The translations under genes were made by a program, and so were the position numbers. The notes below the pieces were generated by a model. It made no database searches, was not told the origin of the DNA, and saw nothing but the letters and a program-made list of their open reading frames with translations. DNA of 63,514 bases, the filler included, from Chthonomonadaceae bacterium (GTDB lineage Bacteria; Armatimonadota; Chthonomonadetes; Chthonomonadales; Chthonomonadaceae), in NCBI GenBank assembly GCA_035650735.1. It is 8 parts of 8 records of this genome, joined end to end, with 100 filler letters (N's around TTAATTAATTAA, not from the genome) between each part and the next. Parts side by side here need not be neighbours in the genome. Positions count along the whole stretch, not along the records: positions 4,306 to 15,960 come from DASRGZ010000003.1; positions 16,061 to 26,451 come from DASRGZ010000004.1; 6 more parts are not named here. One strand, given 5' to 3'. Below are positions 9,542 to 18,884 of the stretch, piece after piece; the stretch's first letter is position 1, and each line of letters opens with the position of its first letter.

Positions 9542-11035
9542 TCAGACGGCGGCCCCACGACCGGGCGCGGTACGGCGGGCCATCTGCGGGCCATGCGTCG
9601 TCTCCCAGCATCCCTTGGAAGTCGGAAAGATCTTGCCAGGGTTGCACAGGTCGTTGGTGTTGAAGACGCGCTTGAGCCGGGCCATCAGCTCCAGGTCGGC
9701 GTCCGAGAAAAGCCAGGCCATCGCCTCCATCTTCTCCACGCCGATGCCGTGCTCTCCCGTCAGCGAGCCGCCCACCTCCACGCACAGCTTCAAAATCTCC
9801 TCCCCGGCGTGTATCACATTTTGCACCTGCTCCGGGTCGCGCTCGTCGAACATCAGGTTCGGATGCAGGTTGCCGTCGCCGGCATGGAAGACGTTGCCGA
9901 CCTCCAGGCCGTGCCGCGCGGCGATCTGGCGCACCTGGCGCAGCACCTCCGGCAGCCGGGTGCGCGGGATGACGCCATCGTGAGTGACCATGCTCTTGCC
10001 CAGCCGCCCCAGCGCGCCGAACGCCTGCTTGCGCGCCTTCCAGAGCAGGGCGCGTTCTAGCTCCGTTTTGGCCTGGCGTACCTCCCGCGCACCGTTCTGC
10101 ATGGCAATCTCCCTGGCCCGCTCCGCCTCCTCGTCCAGCCCGACCTCCAGGCCGTCTACCTCGATGATCAGCACGGCCTCGGCGTCCATCGGGAAGCCCA
10201 GATGGAAGGCGTCCTCGCACGCCTTGATGATAAACGTGTCAATCATCTCTAAGGCGGCGGGCAGGATGCCGGCGGCGATGATGTCGGAGACGGTCTGCGT
10301 GGCGGCGTCGGCGGTCTCGAAGACGGCCAGCAGCGTACGCACCGACTGCGGCAGCGGCGTCAGGCGGACGATGACCTCCGTGACCAGCCCCAGCGTGCCC
10401 TCCGAGCCGACGACCAGGCCGACCAGGTCGTAGCCGGGCGCGTCCTCCTCCTTGCCGCCTAAATGCACGATCTCGCCGTCGGGCAGCACCAGCGTCAGGC
10501 CGGTGACGTGGTTGGTGGTGACGCCGTACTTGAGCGTGTGCGGCCCGCCAGAGTTCTCGGCGACGTTGCCGCCGACGGTGCAGGCCCCCTGGCTGGAGGG
10601 ATCGGGCGCGTAGTGCAGGCCCTCCGCCTTGACCGCCTTCGTGAGATAGACGTTGACGCACCCGGCCTGCGCGATCATGCGGCGGTTAGGAATATCTATC
10701 TCCAGGATCTTATTGAGGCGCGTCGTGGCAATGACCACACCGCCGCCGATGGCCGTTGCGCCCCCGGAAAGCCCCGTCCCGGCCCCACGCGGCACGAACG
10801 GCACGCCCAGCCGGTTACAGAGCTTGACGATCTCGGCGACCTGCTCCGTATTCTGCGGCAGGGCGACGGCATCAGGGTAGCGCTTTTCGGGCGCGTAGGC
10901 GTCGCAGTCATAGGCGCGCAGCGCCGTCTCGCCGGTCAGGACGCCCTCGCGTCCAACGATGGCGACGAGCGCGCGCTCCAGTTCCTCGGCAAACGGCGGT
11001 TTTGGTGGTCGTCGTGTTGTAGCAGCGGAAGCCAT
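9542..11035 (-). CDS. glcD: FAD-linked oxidase, glycolate oxidase subunit GlcD-like
   Basis: Motifs PRGAGTGLSGGA, YAPDPSSQ, GGPHTLKYG, FHAGDGNLHP and GEHGIGVEK. Confidence 0.85.
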   Translation of the reverse strand: MASAATTRRPPKPPFAEELERALVAIVGREGVLTGETALRAYDCDAYAPEKRYPDAVALPQNTEQVAEIVKLCNRLGVPFVPRGAGTGLSGGATAIGGGVVIATTRLNKILEIDIPNRRMIAQAGCVNVYLTKAVKAEGLHYAPDPSSQGACTVGGNVAENSGGPHTLKYGVTTNHVTGLTLVLPDGEIVHLGGKEEDAPGYDLVGLVVGSEGTLGLVTEVIVRLTPLPQSVRTLLAVFETADAATQTVSDIIAAGILPAALEMIDTFIIKACEDAFHLGFPMDAEAVLIIEVDGLEVGLDEEAERAREIAMQNGAREVRQAKTELERALLWKARKQAFGALGRLGKSMVTHDGVIPRTRLPEVLRQVRQIAARHGLEVGNVFHAGDGNLHPNLMFDERDPEQVQNVIHAGEEILKLCVEVGGSLTGEHGIGVEKMEAMAWLFSDADLELMARLKRVFNTNDLCNPGKIFPTSKGCWETTHGPQMARRTAPGRGAAV

Positions 11036-11083
11036 AGAATCTCCTGTTACTGTTAATGATTATAGACGGGCATCAAGGGAGCA

Positions 11084-11545
11084 TTATCGTTTCTGCGGCA
11101 GCCAATCTTCAATATAGTAGTCGCCGCTCTTGCCGATGCGGTAGGTAACGGTTATGGTATCGCCGATTTTCGTTCGTGCCCATTTATCCTCATCTGTCGT
11201 GTTCAGGATAGCCGAGCGGTTATTAAGGCGGAATTCCAGGAACAGAGCGCCGCTGCCTAACGGAGGGCGAAAGCCGCTCAGAGCGGATTTGCTGTTCCCA
11301 AACCAAGCACTCTTCCAGATAACAACCGCGCTTCCTACCTGCAAAGGCGCATCCGCAATGTCCTTCTCGCGCTGCCTGACGATAACGCTAAGCACTACCG
11401 GCGTCGAAACGATAACGGTCGCTACTGCCACGAGCAAAAGGGGAAAGCCCGCTTCATACACGGTTCTAGCCCAGGACGGTTTTGCCGTAGGGTCTGCGGC
11501 GCGGCGGCGAAAAAAGGAGGGCGATTCCTGGTCTGGCGCTGTCAT
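11084..11545 (-). CDS. Hypothetical single-pass membrane protein
   Basis: One TM segment and a C-terminal IGDTITVTY strand. Start overlaps the upstream stop (ATGA). Confidence 0.6.
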   Translation of the reverse strand: MTAPDQESPSFFRRRAADPTAKPSWARTVYEAGFPLLLVAVATVIVSTPVVLSVIVRQREKDIADAPLQVGSAVVIWKSAWFGNSKSALSGFRPPLGSGALFLEFRLNNRSAILNTTDEDKWARTKIGDTITVTYRIGKSGDYYIEDWLPQKR

Positions 11546-12072
11546 CTGGCTGTCCTCCGCGGGGCAGGAGCCTTGACAGGCTGCTGAGATGGCTCGACAG
11601 CGGCAGGCGCTGCCGTCACGCGCGGCAGTTGCAGCCAGGCCGTCAGCGCGGCCACTCCTGCCAGCAGCGCGATCTGCGCGATAGCCAAGCCGATCAACAA
11701 AGCGTTTATCCCTCCGCCAGGATAGAACACGCCTGGGGGCGGGCGGCTATAGCGCGCATATTCGGCCAGCAAGAGAGCGCCAAATGTGAGCAACTGCCGA
11801 ACCCCATCGCCGATAAAGCGCGCACGGTCGCCCTGATAGCGTCGCCGCAGCAAAAACTGTACGCCGATCATCATGAGACCGCACAACTCGATCCAGCGTC
11901 CTAACCGAGCTTGCGGCCCACCGAATATAGCGTTGGCCTCATTGAACGTTAGTCTTGGTCCAAGTTGCACGGTCGGTATAATCACGAACCAAAACGTGAC
12001 TAACCCGCCGAGCCATACCGCCAGAGCGAGTGCGTGCAGCGTATCCAGAATGAGAGGTACGGCGCGTTTCAA
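11542..12072 (-). CDS. DUF4149/CopD-like four-TM membrane protein
   Basis: N-terminal LHALALAVWLGG and four hydrophobic segments. Confidence 0.6.
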   Translation of the reverse strand: MKRAVPLILDTLHALALAVWLGGLVTFWFVIIPTVQLGPRLTFNEANAIFGGPQARLGRWIELCGLMMIGVQFLLRRRYQGDRARFIGDGVRQLLTFGALLLAEYARYSRPPPGVFYPGGGINALLIGLAIAQIALLAGVAALTAWLQLPRVTAAPAAVEPSQQPVKAPAPRRTAR

Positions 12073-12196
12073 TTCGTTATACGCTCACGAACGAAGTCAC
12101 GGTTAGCGGAGTGGAACCGAAAACTTCCGAACCATGCTCCAGTGTGGTTCCCTATATATCGGCATCTTTCCTCCACCAATGTCCTATTCTGAGGAT

Positions 12197-12318
12197 CAGG
12201 GTCCTTCCATTCACGGGGCTTTTGCGTTTTTGGCGTCCGCCAGGACGCTTGGCCGCAGGCCCTAGAGCCGGGTATTTTCAATGCCCGGCGTCGAGTGCCG
12301 GGAAACGGAAGGACCCTG
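12197..12318. mobile_element. 122-bp MITE (family D) with CAGGG...CCCTG ends and 9-bp target-site duplication
   Basis: Perfect 12-bp TIR CAGGGTCCTTCC/GGAAGGACCCTG. TCTGAGGAT on both sides (12188-12196, 12319-12327). Related copy at 37726-38185. Confidence 0.9.
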
Positions 12319-12440
12319 TCTGAGGATAGTCGGCGCAGGAATCCTATGGCATTCCGCAGAATGTAGGGGTAAGTCTGGACTAGCCGGATGCCTGGCCTTT
12401 AATCAAGCCAGCGTAGAATTGAAGCACTGCAAGGAACGTC

Positions 12441-13604
12441 ATGCCATCGCGCCTGCCCCACACCCTGCACCTTTATGGCCTTGCCCTGGGCCTGCTTCTG
12501 ACTGCCTGGGTCGTCCTCGGCCTCGGACGATGGCTCTGGCTACGCCTGCCGCGTGCGTGGCAGAAGCCGACACAGGCGGCAGCCGGCTACGCCTTCCTAT
12601 CCCTCTTCGCCGTCGTCTTTGTCGCGCCGTTCCTGTGGATGCTCTCTACGTCGCTGAAAGTGGATACCCAGATATTCAGCCCGGATATCCGCTGGCTGCC
12701 TACGGTCCCCACTGTCAAAGAGAGCCTGGTGGACAGCAACGGCCTCGTCAAAGAGTCCTATGTTCCTGTAAAGACCCTACTGGAGGCCAGCCATACCGTG
12801 CGCGTGGCCGTGCTGGAGGAACTGGAGAACGGCAAGAGCCGCGTTCGTCGGCTCGACGGGCTTGGCGCTGGCGGGAGCGCGGATCAGGTCGTGGACTCCG
12901 CGCGGCTGAAAGATATCCAAACCATTGCCCCCCAATGGCATAACTACCCAGACGCGCTCAACTCGTTCCCCTTCGTAACCTACACCATTAACACACTCAT
13001 TATCTGTGTCGTAACCATGATCGGCACCGTGCTGTCGGCGGCGCTGCCCGCCTATGGCTTCTCACGGCTGCGCTGGAAGGGCCGGGACGCCCTGTTCTTC
13101 CTGCTGGTCGCTACCATCATGCTGCCCCCACAGGTCACGATGCTGCCCGTCTTCCTGATCTTCCGCTGGCTGGGCTGGACCGGCACCATGCTGCCCCTGA
13201 CGGTGCCCGCTTTCTTCGGCTCGGCCTTCTATATCTTCCTGCTGCGCCAGTTCTTCCTGACCATCCCCCAGGAGCTCTCCGATGCGGCCCGCATAGACGG
13301 CTGTAGCGAGCTTGGCATCCTCTGGCGCATCCTGGCGCCTATCGCCCGGCCTGCGCTGGCCACGGTCGCCCTGCTCTCCTTCACCGCCGCCTGGATGGAC
13401 TTCACCGGCCCTCTGATCTACCTGCATGACGAGCGCACCTACACGCTGGCCGTCGGGCTGCTGGCCTTCCTAGGCCGGCACAGCGGCGAGTGGAGCCTGC
13501 TCATGGCCGCGGCGACCGTCATGACGCTGCCGATGCTGATCCTGTTTTTCTTTGCGCAGCGCACCTACATTCAGGGTATCGCGCTTACCGGCCTCAAAGG
13601 CTGA
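12441..13604 (+). CDS. Carbohydrate ABC transporter permease (MalG-like)
   Basis: Motif PFLWMLSTSLK, EAA loop (IPQELSDAARIDGCS), and C-terminal FFFAQRTYIQG. Confidence 0.9.
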   Translation: MPSRLPHTLHLYGLALGLLLTAWVVLGLGRWLWLRLPRAWQKPTQAAAGYAFLSLFAVVFVAPFLWMLSTSLKVDTQIFSPDIRWLPTVPTVKESLVDSNGLVKESYVPVKTLLEASHTVRVAVLEELENGKSRVRRLDGLGAGGSADQVVDSARLKDIQTIAPQWHNYPDALNSFPFVTYTINTLIICVVTMIGTVLSAALPAYGFSRLRWKGRDALFFLLVATIMLPPQVTMLPVFLIFRWLGWTGTMLPLTVPAFFGSAFYIFLLRQFFLTIPQELSDAARIDGCSELGILWRILAPIARPALATVALLSFTAAWMDFTGPLIYLHDERTYTLAVGLLAFLGRHSGEWSLLMAAATVMTLPMLILFFFAQRTYIQGIALTGLKG

Positions 13605-13819
13605 CAGAAGGCAGCCTGCGGATCACCGGGCTTCTGCCCTTCGCCTCTCTAACTCGGCCCTCTGCCTGCCGCAGGGTCCCCTAAAAATTAGGGGCAAAAT
13701 TGCCATAATGAGAAATGATAGGGCGTTCAAGATTCCGTAGCCAGCCCTCTTCTCTGCGCCCGTAATCCACAACGTATCGCCGCGATGCCTTGCGCCTTCG
13801 TGTGAGGAGAAGTTTACCC

Positions 13820-14467
13820 GTGACATTGCCTACCGCACAGGAAACCATCCCCGCCTCGGTCCAGGATCTGGCCGAGGTCGGAACTCTCCCCTCCACAGCC
13901 GTCGTGCCGGCTGCTGCCCAGGCGCCTGCCTCCTACTCTGTACCGCCACCAGACGCCGCCCAAAACCTCGTGACCCATGCCCTGACGCAGGCCGCCGCTG
14001 CCGCCGCGCTGCAGGAGGTAACGGCCCTCCGCCAGCAGCTTTCGGAGGAACGCACCGCACACGCCGTCCAGCGCGCCAACGCCGAGCAGGCCCGTCGCGT
14101 CGCTGAATGCCAGCGCGCTTTTGCCGAGGCGCTACTCGAACACCTGGCGCACCCCTGTTTTGGCCTGGATCGCGACGGCTGCGTGACGCAATGGAACCCC
14201 GCCATGGCGCGATGGTCGGGCCTTGCCGAGGTCGAAGTGATTGGCAAATCGCTGACGGAACGGATCTGCGCGCCGCTGCGCGCCCCGCTGGCACAACTCA
14301 CCCGCGCTGCCTTTGGTTCCCGTGCTGCTGCCTTGACTCCCCGCACCCTATCCGGCCCGCTGCCCTTCCTGCCCGGCCTAGAGGCCGCCCGGCTTACAGT
14401 GATTCCTCTCTCCCGTATTCCCGGCTGCGTGGAAGCCGCTATGGTGCTTGTCGAGCCGCAGTCCTGA
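13820..14467 (+). CDS. Coiled-coil plus PAS-domain protein
   Basis: GAGGAG RBS before GTG. PAS signature FGLDRDGCVTQWNPAMARWSGLAEVEVIGKSL. Confidence 0.7.
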   Translation: MTLPTAQETIPASVQDLAEVGTLPSTAVVPAAAQAPASYSVPPPDAAQNLVTHALTQAAAAAALQEVTALRQQLSEERTAHAVQRANAEQARRVAECQRAFAEALLEHLAHPCFGLDRDGCVTQWNPAMARWSGLAEVEVIGKSLTERICAPLRAPLAQLTRAAFGSRAAALTPRTLSGPLPFLPGLEAARLTVIPLSRIPGCVEAAMVLVEPQS

Positions 14468-14549
14468 CGCAGCCCTGTTGTCTGCCGTCGCGATGCGGCC
14501 CGCCTGCCGATGCCCGGGGCGCGCACCCTAACTTCCTCACCTGATAACC

Positions 14550-14687
14550 CTCACAATATATCCCCTTCGGCCCTCCCGCTTACCATATCCCCTACATCCT
14601 ATCCCCTACACCCTATCCCCTACACCCTATACCCTACACCCTATACCCTGCTCACAATATATCCCCTTCGGCCCTCCCGCTTACCAT
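14550..14687. repeat. 37-bp perfect direct repeat flanking a CCCTA(C/T)(A/C) heptamer tract
   Basis: CTCACAATATATCCCCTTCGGCCCTCCCGCTTACCAT at 14550-14586 and 14651-14687, with heptamers between. Confidence 0.9.
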
Positions 14688-14823
14688 CGTGAGCAGGAAC
14701 CGGCATGGTGTATCAAAGCGCACAAATCGCGATAACTCCCCCGGGACACGGTCGTCTATTGGAGCAAAGCATACGCAACCCAGCAATTGTCAGCAGTATG
14801 CAAATTCCCGAGGAGGAGAGGCA

Positions 14824-15759
14824 ATGCGTTCAGAATTGCCCTGGATGGAACCCAAGTCTCCCTGGGCGCGGATCGGCCCATCCGCTCTGGCCCTGGCTAT
14901 TGTGGGCCTGGGTGTCGGCGGCGCCGTCCGAATCGTGCTCGCGCAAGACAGCGCGGCGGTCAGCACCGTCGCGAAAGCGGCCCCCAATATCCCCCAGGCA
15001 GTACCGCTCCAGATAGAGCCCCCCCCGCCGCCAGCTTCCGAGGCGGAGAAGGCGCAAACGCCCAGCGATGCAGAACGGCAAAAGCTCCAGCAAGAACTGG
15101 ACTCCCTGTACGCGCAGCGAGCGCAGTTGGACAATCGAATCGCCGACGTGCGCAGACGGCTGGGAGACCGGAATCGTAACCGAATCAGCCTGCGCTCCCG
15201 TCCGGGCGATGGCAACGTCTATGCGTTCGCTCTCCCAGATGCTTCCCGCCTGACCCCAGAGCAGCGTAAGCAGTACGAAGAGGCGATGCGCGCGGCGCAG
15301 GAGGCGATGCGGAAAGCCCAGGATGTCCTCCAAAAATCGCTGGCTGAGAAGGGACGAGAGTTCCGATTCGTCGTGCCGCCGACTCCGCCCGTGCCCGCGC
15401 TGCCTCCGGGTGCCTGGCAGGCCCAGCCGTTCCGATTTGAAGGCCCTGGCGCGGATGCCAGGGCCAGGGAATGGGACGCGCGGATGAAGGAGTTCGACGC
15501 GCGCATGCGGCAGTGGGAGCAAGAATTCCACGCCCGCATGGACAAGTGGCAGCAGGAATTCGAGCGGAGGATGCGCGAGCAGTTCCGCGACGAGAACAAG
15601 GCCCGGAAAGGTAGCAAGGAGGAAGGCCCCGTCATCGAGCCAAAGGAAGAGAAAAGCGAGGAGCGTGAGGAGCTAGAGCCGGTCCCAACGCCCGAACCGT
15701 CTCCCAGGGGCACGTCCGTCCCGCGCCCGCGTGCGTATTCCGGCCGCGATGCCATCTAA
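14824..15759 (+). CDS. Hypothetical membrane-anchored or exported coiled-coil protein
   Basis: GAGGAG RBS. N-terminal TM, Pro-rich linkers, and repeated (E/K)W/FxxRM helical units. Confidence 0.7.
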   Translation: MRSELPWMEPKSPWARIGPSALALAIVGLGVGGAVRIVLAQDSAAVSTVAKAAPNIPQAVPLQIEPPPPPASEAEKAQTPSDAERQKLQQELDSLYAQRAQLDNRIADVRRRLGDRNRNRISLRSRPGDGNVYAFALPDASRLTPEQRKQYEEAMRAAQEAMRKAQDVLQKSLAEKGREFRFVVPPTPPVPALPPGAWQAQPFRFEGPGADARAREWDARMKEFDARMRQWEQEFHARMDKWQQEFERRMREQFRDENKARKGSKEEGPVIEPKEEKSEEREELEPVPTPEPSPRGTSVPRPRAYSGRDAI

Positions 15760-15775
15760 CCCCTGAGACACAAGC

Positions 15776-15808
15776 AAAAGCCCCTGGAGAGATAACTCTT
15801 CAGGGGCA
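15776..15808. terminator. Stem-loop, probable intrinsic terminator
   Basis: AAAA-GCCCCTGGAGAG-ATAA-CTCTTCAGGGGC just after the stop codon. Confidence 0.55.
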
Positions 15809-16060
15809 TAAACAGTCCTAGAGAAAGGTTTTGTGTGGACCCTGCCTCACTTAGCCCTGCTTGCCTGCCTGCCTCTTGCTCACCCAACCTATCGACCTGG
15901 GATGCTGCCTTAAGTCCCACAGGCATCCAGAAAAACCCTGCGGTCTTTGCTAGACGCTCTNNNNNNNNNNNNNNNNNNNNNNNNNNNNNNNNNNNNNNNN
16001 NNNNTTAATTAATTAANNNNNNNNNNNNNNNNNNNNNNNNNNNNNNNNNNNNNNNNNNNN

Positions 16061-16518
16061 TACATGGGCGGGTGTGTGGCGTCAATGGGGTCTTTGGTGA
16101 CGGGCGTATCGTCCTGGGCGCCCTGGGCGATCCAGCGGCGGAACAGGGCGATGTCGGCGGGAGGCAGCGGCGGGCCGCCTTTAGGCATGAGCGTGCGCTT
16201 GCCGGTCAGGTAGTCCAGGAGGGGACTGGCCTCCGGCTTGCCGGGCTGAAACGCCGGGCCGTGCTCGCCGCCCTTGCGAAACTCGGCGTAGGTGGTCAGC
16301 ACCAGCTTGCCGCCCGCCGACGCGGGCTGATGACACATCTGGCATTTGGCCTGGATGAGCGGCCAGATCTGCTTATGGTAACTGACTTTCCCGGCTTTGA
16401 TGGCTGGTTTCGGCGTCTTCGCCTGCGCGCTCACCCCTGATGCCGCCATGGCTAAACTCAAGGCGATCAACGCGCCCGCGCTTGCCGACCGCAGCCATCC
16501 TACATACCTTCCACGCAT
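16061..16518 (-). CDS. Planctomycete-type cytochrome c domain protein (PSCyt1), 3'-truncated
   Basis: Signal peptide, VSYHKQIWPLIQAKCQMCH heme motif, PGKPEAS, MP and RRWIAQGA. Confidence 0.85.
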
Positions 16519-16755
16519 ACTCCTGCCTCTCCCGTAGCCATACGGCCACTGCAAACTCAGAGTCATAGCGCCCAAAACTTACCACTTTGCCCCATTATAA
16601 CGGCTTTGGCAACCGAGGGTCAACCCTAATTTCCTGGCCGTGCGATTATCGAGGAGCAACCTCACGGCTTACGTTTCTATATATTATGGCCAATTCGTCG
16701 GGTTCTGGCTCTTATCCTCGGTCTATGCTATAATTTCGCTGGAGGTAGAGATGCC

Positions 16756-17346
16756 ATGACCGCCATACCGACACGCCACATGACGTTAGAGGAATTTCTT
16801 GCGCTGCCTGAGGGGCCGCCCCACTACGAGTTCGAGGAAGGAGAACTGATTCCATTGCCCTCGCCCACACTGGATCACCAGGATATCCTTCTAGCCCTCG
16901 CTATGGCGCTCAAGCAGTTTGTTGATGCCCGCCAGCTCGGACGCGTTTTTATGGAGGTAGATGTCTATCTTCCCGACGGGCGCGTTCTCATTCCTGACCT
17001 GGGCTTCCTTTCCGCCGAACGGTTCTCTCTCATCAATCCGGTGGATCGTAAGATCCACGGCACGCCCGATCTCGTCGTAGAGATTACCTCGGAGGACCCG
17101 ACCCGCGACCGGATTCATAAATTTTCCGTCTACTTCAATAACGGCGTGCCCTGGTACTGGATCATCGACTCGGCCACGCTGGCGGTTGAGGAGTACAGGG
17201 CGACGCCGGAGGGCTACCTGCGCGTCTCTAGCGTCGGTCCGGGAGCAGCGTTCCAGCCCCGCTTGTTTCCGGGCTTTGCCGTTAATCTCGCCGAGCGGTT
17301 GGAGGTTGCGGCCCCGGAGACTGAGGCCGAGCCGCCGCAGGATTAA
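16756..17346 (+). CDS. Uma2/DUF820-family putative endonuclease
   Basis: Motifs MTLEEFLALPE, PSPTLDHQ, IPDL, PDLVVEITS and GVPWYWIID. GGAGG RBS and TGCTATAAT extended -10 upstream. Confidence 0.9.
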   Translation: MTAIPTRHMTLEEFLALPEGPPHYEFEEGELIPLPSPTLDHQDILLALAMALKQFVDARQLGRVFMEVDVYLPDGRVLIPDLGFLSAERFSLINPVDRKIHGTPDLVVEITSEDPTRDRIHKFSVYFNNGVPWYWIIDSATLAVEEYRATPEGYLRVSSVGPGAAFQPRLFPGFAVNLAERLEVAAPETEAEPPQD

Positions 17347-17439
17347 TCTGGCACGTGTCCATCCCGTATGCTATACTAACGGGGATCTATCCCACTTTCA
17401 TTTGCCTTCTTGCATCTTAAGCGCAGGAGAATCCGCCCT

Positions 17440-18705
17440 ATGGCTCTGCCGGAAGTTTCCTATACCCGCCGTCCCACCCGCCCGGTGCGCGTCGGCGACG
17501 TCATCATCGGGGGCAATCATCCCGTCGTCGTCCAGTCCATGATCACCGAGGAGACGCACAACGTCTCCGCAGCCGTCGAGCAGATCATCGCCATGCACAA
17601 AGCCGGCTCGGAGATCGTGCGCGTCACCACGCCCAACCTGGCCGAAGCCCGCTGCCTGGCCGAGATCAAGGCGCAACTGCGGAAGCGGTATCAGGATGTG
17701 CCACTGGTAGCCGATGTGCATCACCAGGGCACCGAGATCGCCGTCGAAGTGGCGAAATACGTGGATAAGGTGCGCATCAATCCAGGGCTGTTCGTGTTCC
17801 GCAAGCGCGTGCAGCGCACCGTCGAATACTCGCAAGCCGAGATCGAGGAGGAGCTGGAGGCCATCGAGCAGGCATTGCTGCCGGTCATCGAGGCGTGCAA
17901 GGCGCGCGACATCGCCATGCGCATCGGCGTCAACCACGGCTCTCTGGCCGAGCGCCTGATGGTCATGTACGGCGACACGCCCGAAGGCATGGTCGAGAGC
18001 GCGATTGAGTACCTCCAGATCTGCGAGCGGCACGACTTCCGCAACCTGGTGATCTCGCTTAAGGCGTCGCGCGTGCCCGTCATGCTGCAAGCCAACCGCC
18101 TGATGGCGCGGCGCATGGCCGAGCTGGGCATGGACTATCCGCTGCATCTGGGCGTCACCGAGGCGGGCGACGGCCAGTACGCGCGCATCAAAAGCACGAC
18201 CGGCATCGGCACGCTGCTGGCGGAGGGCATCGGCGACACCATCCGCGTCTCCCTCTCCGAAGACCCCATCGAGGAGCTTTCGGCCTGTTACGATATTTTG
18301 CAGGCGCTGGGCCTGCGCCGCACCAAAGTCGAGTTCATCGCCTGTCCCTCCTGCGGGCGCACCAAGTTCGACCTGCCGACGGTCAACGCCCAGATCAAGG
18401 CGGCCACCGCCCATCTTGGCGGCAACATCAGCATCGCCGTGATGGGCTGCATCGTCAACGGCCCCGGCGAGATGGCCGATGCCGATTACGGCTATGTAGG
18501 CAAGGCGGGCGGCAAGATCTCGCTCTATCGCGGGCGCCAGGAGGTCAAATCGAATGTCCCGCAGGAGCGGGGCGTGGAGGAGTTGATCGCGCTCATCAAG
18601 GCGGATGGCCGCTGGGTAGACCCGCCGGAAGGCTATCAGCCTCCGGAGCCGCCGCAGTCCTTTAACGAGCGCATCAAGGTCAACATCCCGCTCATCTCGA
18701 AGTAA
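17440..18705 (+). CDS. ispG: (E)-4-hydroxy-3-methylbut-2-enyl-diphosphate synthase
   Basis: Motifs [44 protein letters not shown] and [11 protein letters not shown]. Confidence 0.97.
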   Translation: MALPEVSYTRRPTRPVRVGDVIIGGNHPVVVQSMITEETHNVSAAVEQIIAMHKAGSEIVRVTTPNLAEARCLAEIKAQLRKRYQDVPLVADVHHQGTEIAVEVAKYVDKVRINPGLFVFRKRVQRTVEYSQAEIEEELEAIEQALLPVIEACKARDIAMRIGVNHGSLAERLMVMYGDTPEGMVESAIEYLQICERHDFRNLVISLKASRVPVMLQANRLMARRMAELGMDYPLHLGVTEAGDGQYARIKSTTGIGTLLAEGIGDTIRVSLSEDPIEELSACYDILQALGLRRTKVEFIACPSCGRTKFDLPTVNAQIKAATAHLGGNISIAVMGCIVNGPGEMADADYGYVGKAGGKISLYRGRQEVKSNVPQERGVEELIALIKADGRWVDPPEGYQPPEPPQSFNERIKVNIPLISK

Positions 18706-18797
18706 TTCCTTCTCGGCATGAAGGCATGGGTTGCTTCTCACGATGCGCTTACGGACAAGTTCCTTCAAGTAATTCCTTCTCGGTATGAAGGCATGGG
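18700..18797. repeat. 31-bp direct repeat (1 mismatch) covering the ispG stop codon, 36-bp spacer
   Basis: AAGTAATTCCTTCTCGG(C/T)ATGAAGGCATGGG at 18700-18730 and 18767-18797. Confidence 0.85.
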
Positions 18798-18884
18798 GCC
18801 TGGCGGTTGTATTGTGGCTTTCCTCCCCCGTTCATAGCACGGGGGCCTTCTAGCCGCGTTGGGTAAACGCATGCAGCCCAATCT

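Noticed and set aside
12197..12318. Cloverleaf-like fold suggesting a tRNA
   Set aside because: No T-loop or D-loop consensus and no CCA end. TIR and TSD identify it as a MITE.
12336..12394. Possible second tiny MITE (CAGGAATCC...GGATGCCTG)
   Set aside because: Short imperfect IR and no TSD. Could be chance.
14550..14687. Possible CRISPR (37-bp repeats)
   Set aside because: Only two copies, the 64-bp spacer is a low-complexity heptamer tract, and there are no cas genes.
16756..17346. Uma2 nuclease as a defence system
   Set aside because: Solitary, with no partner genes. The family is commonly multi-copy in such genomes.
18700..18797. Possible CRISPR (31-bp repeat, 36-bp spacer)
   Set aside because: Two copies only, and the first overlaps the ispG coding end. 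No leader or cas. Kept as a duplication scar.
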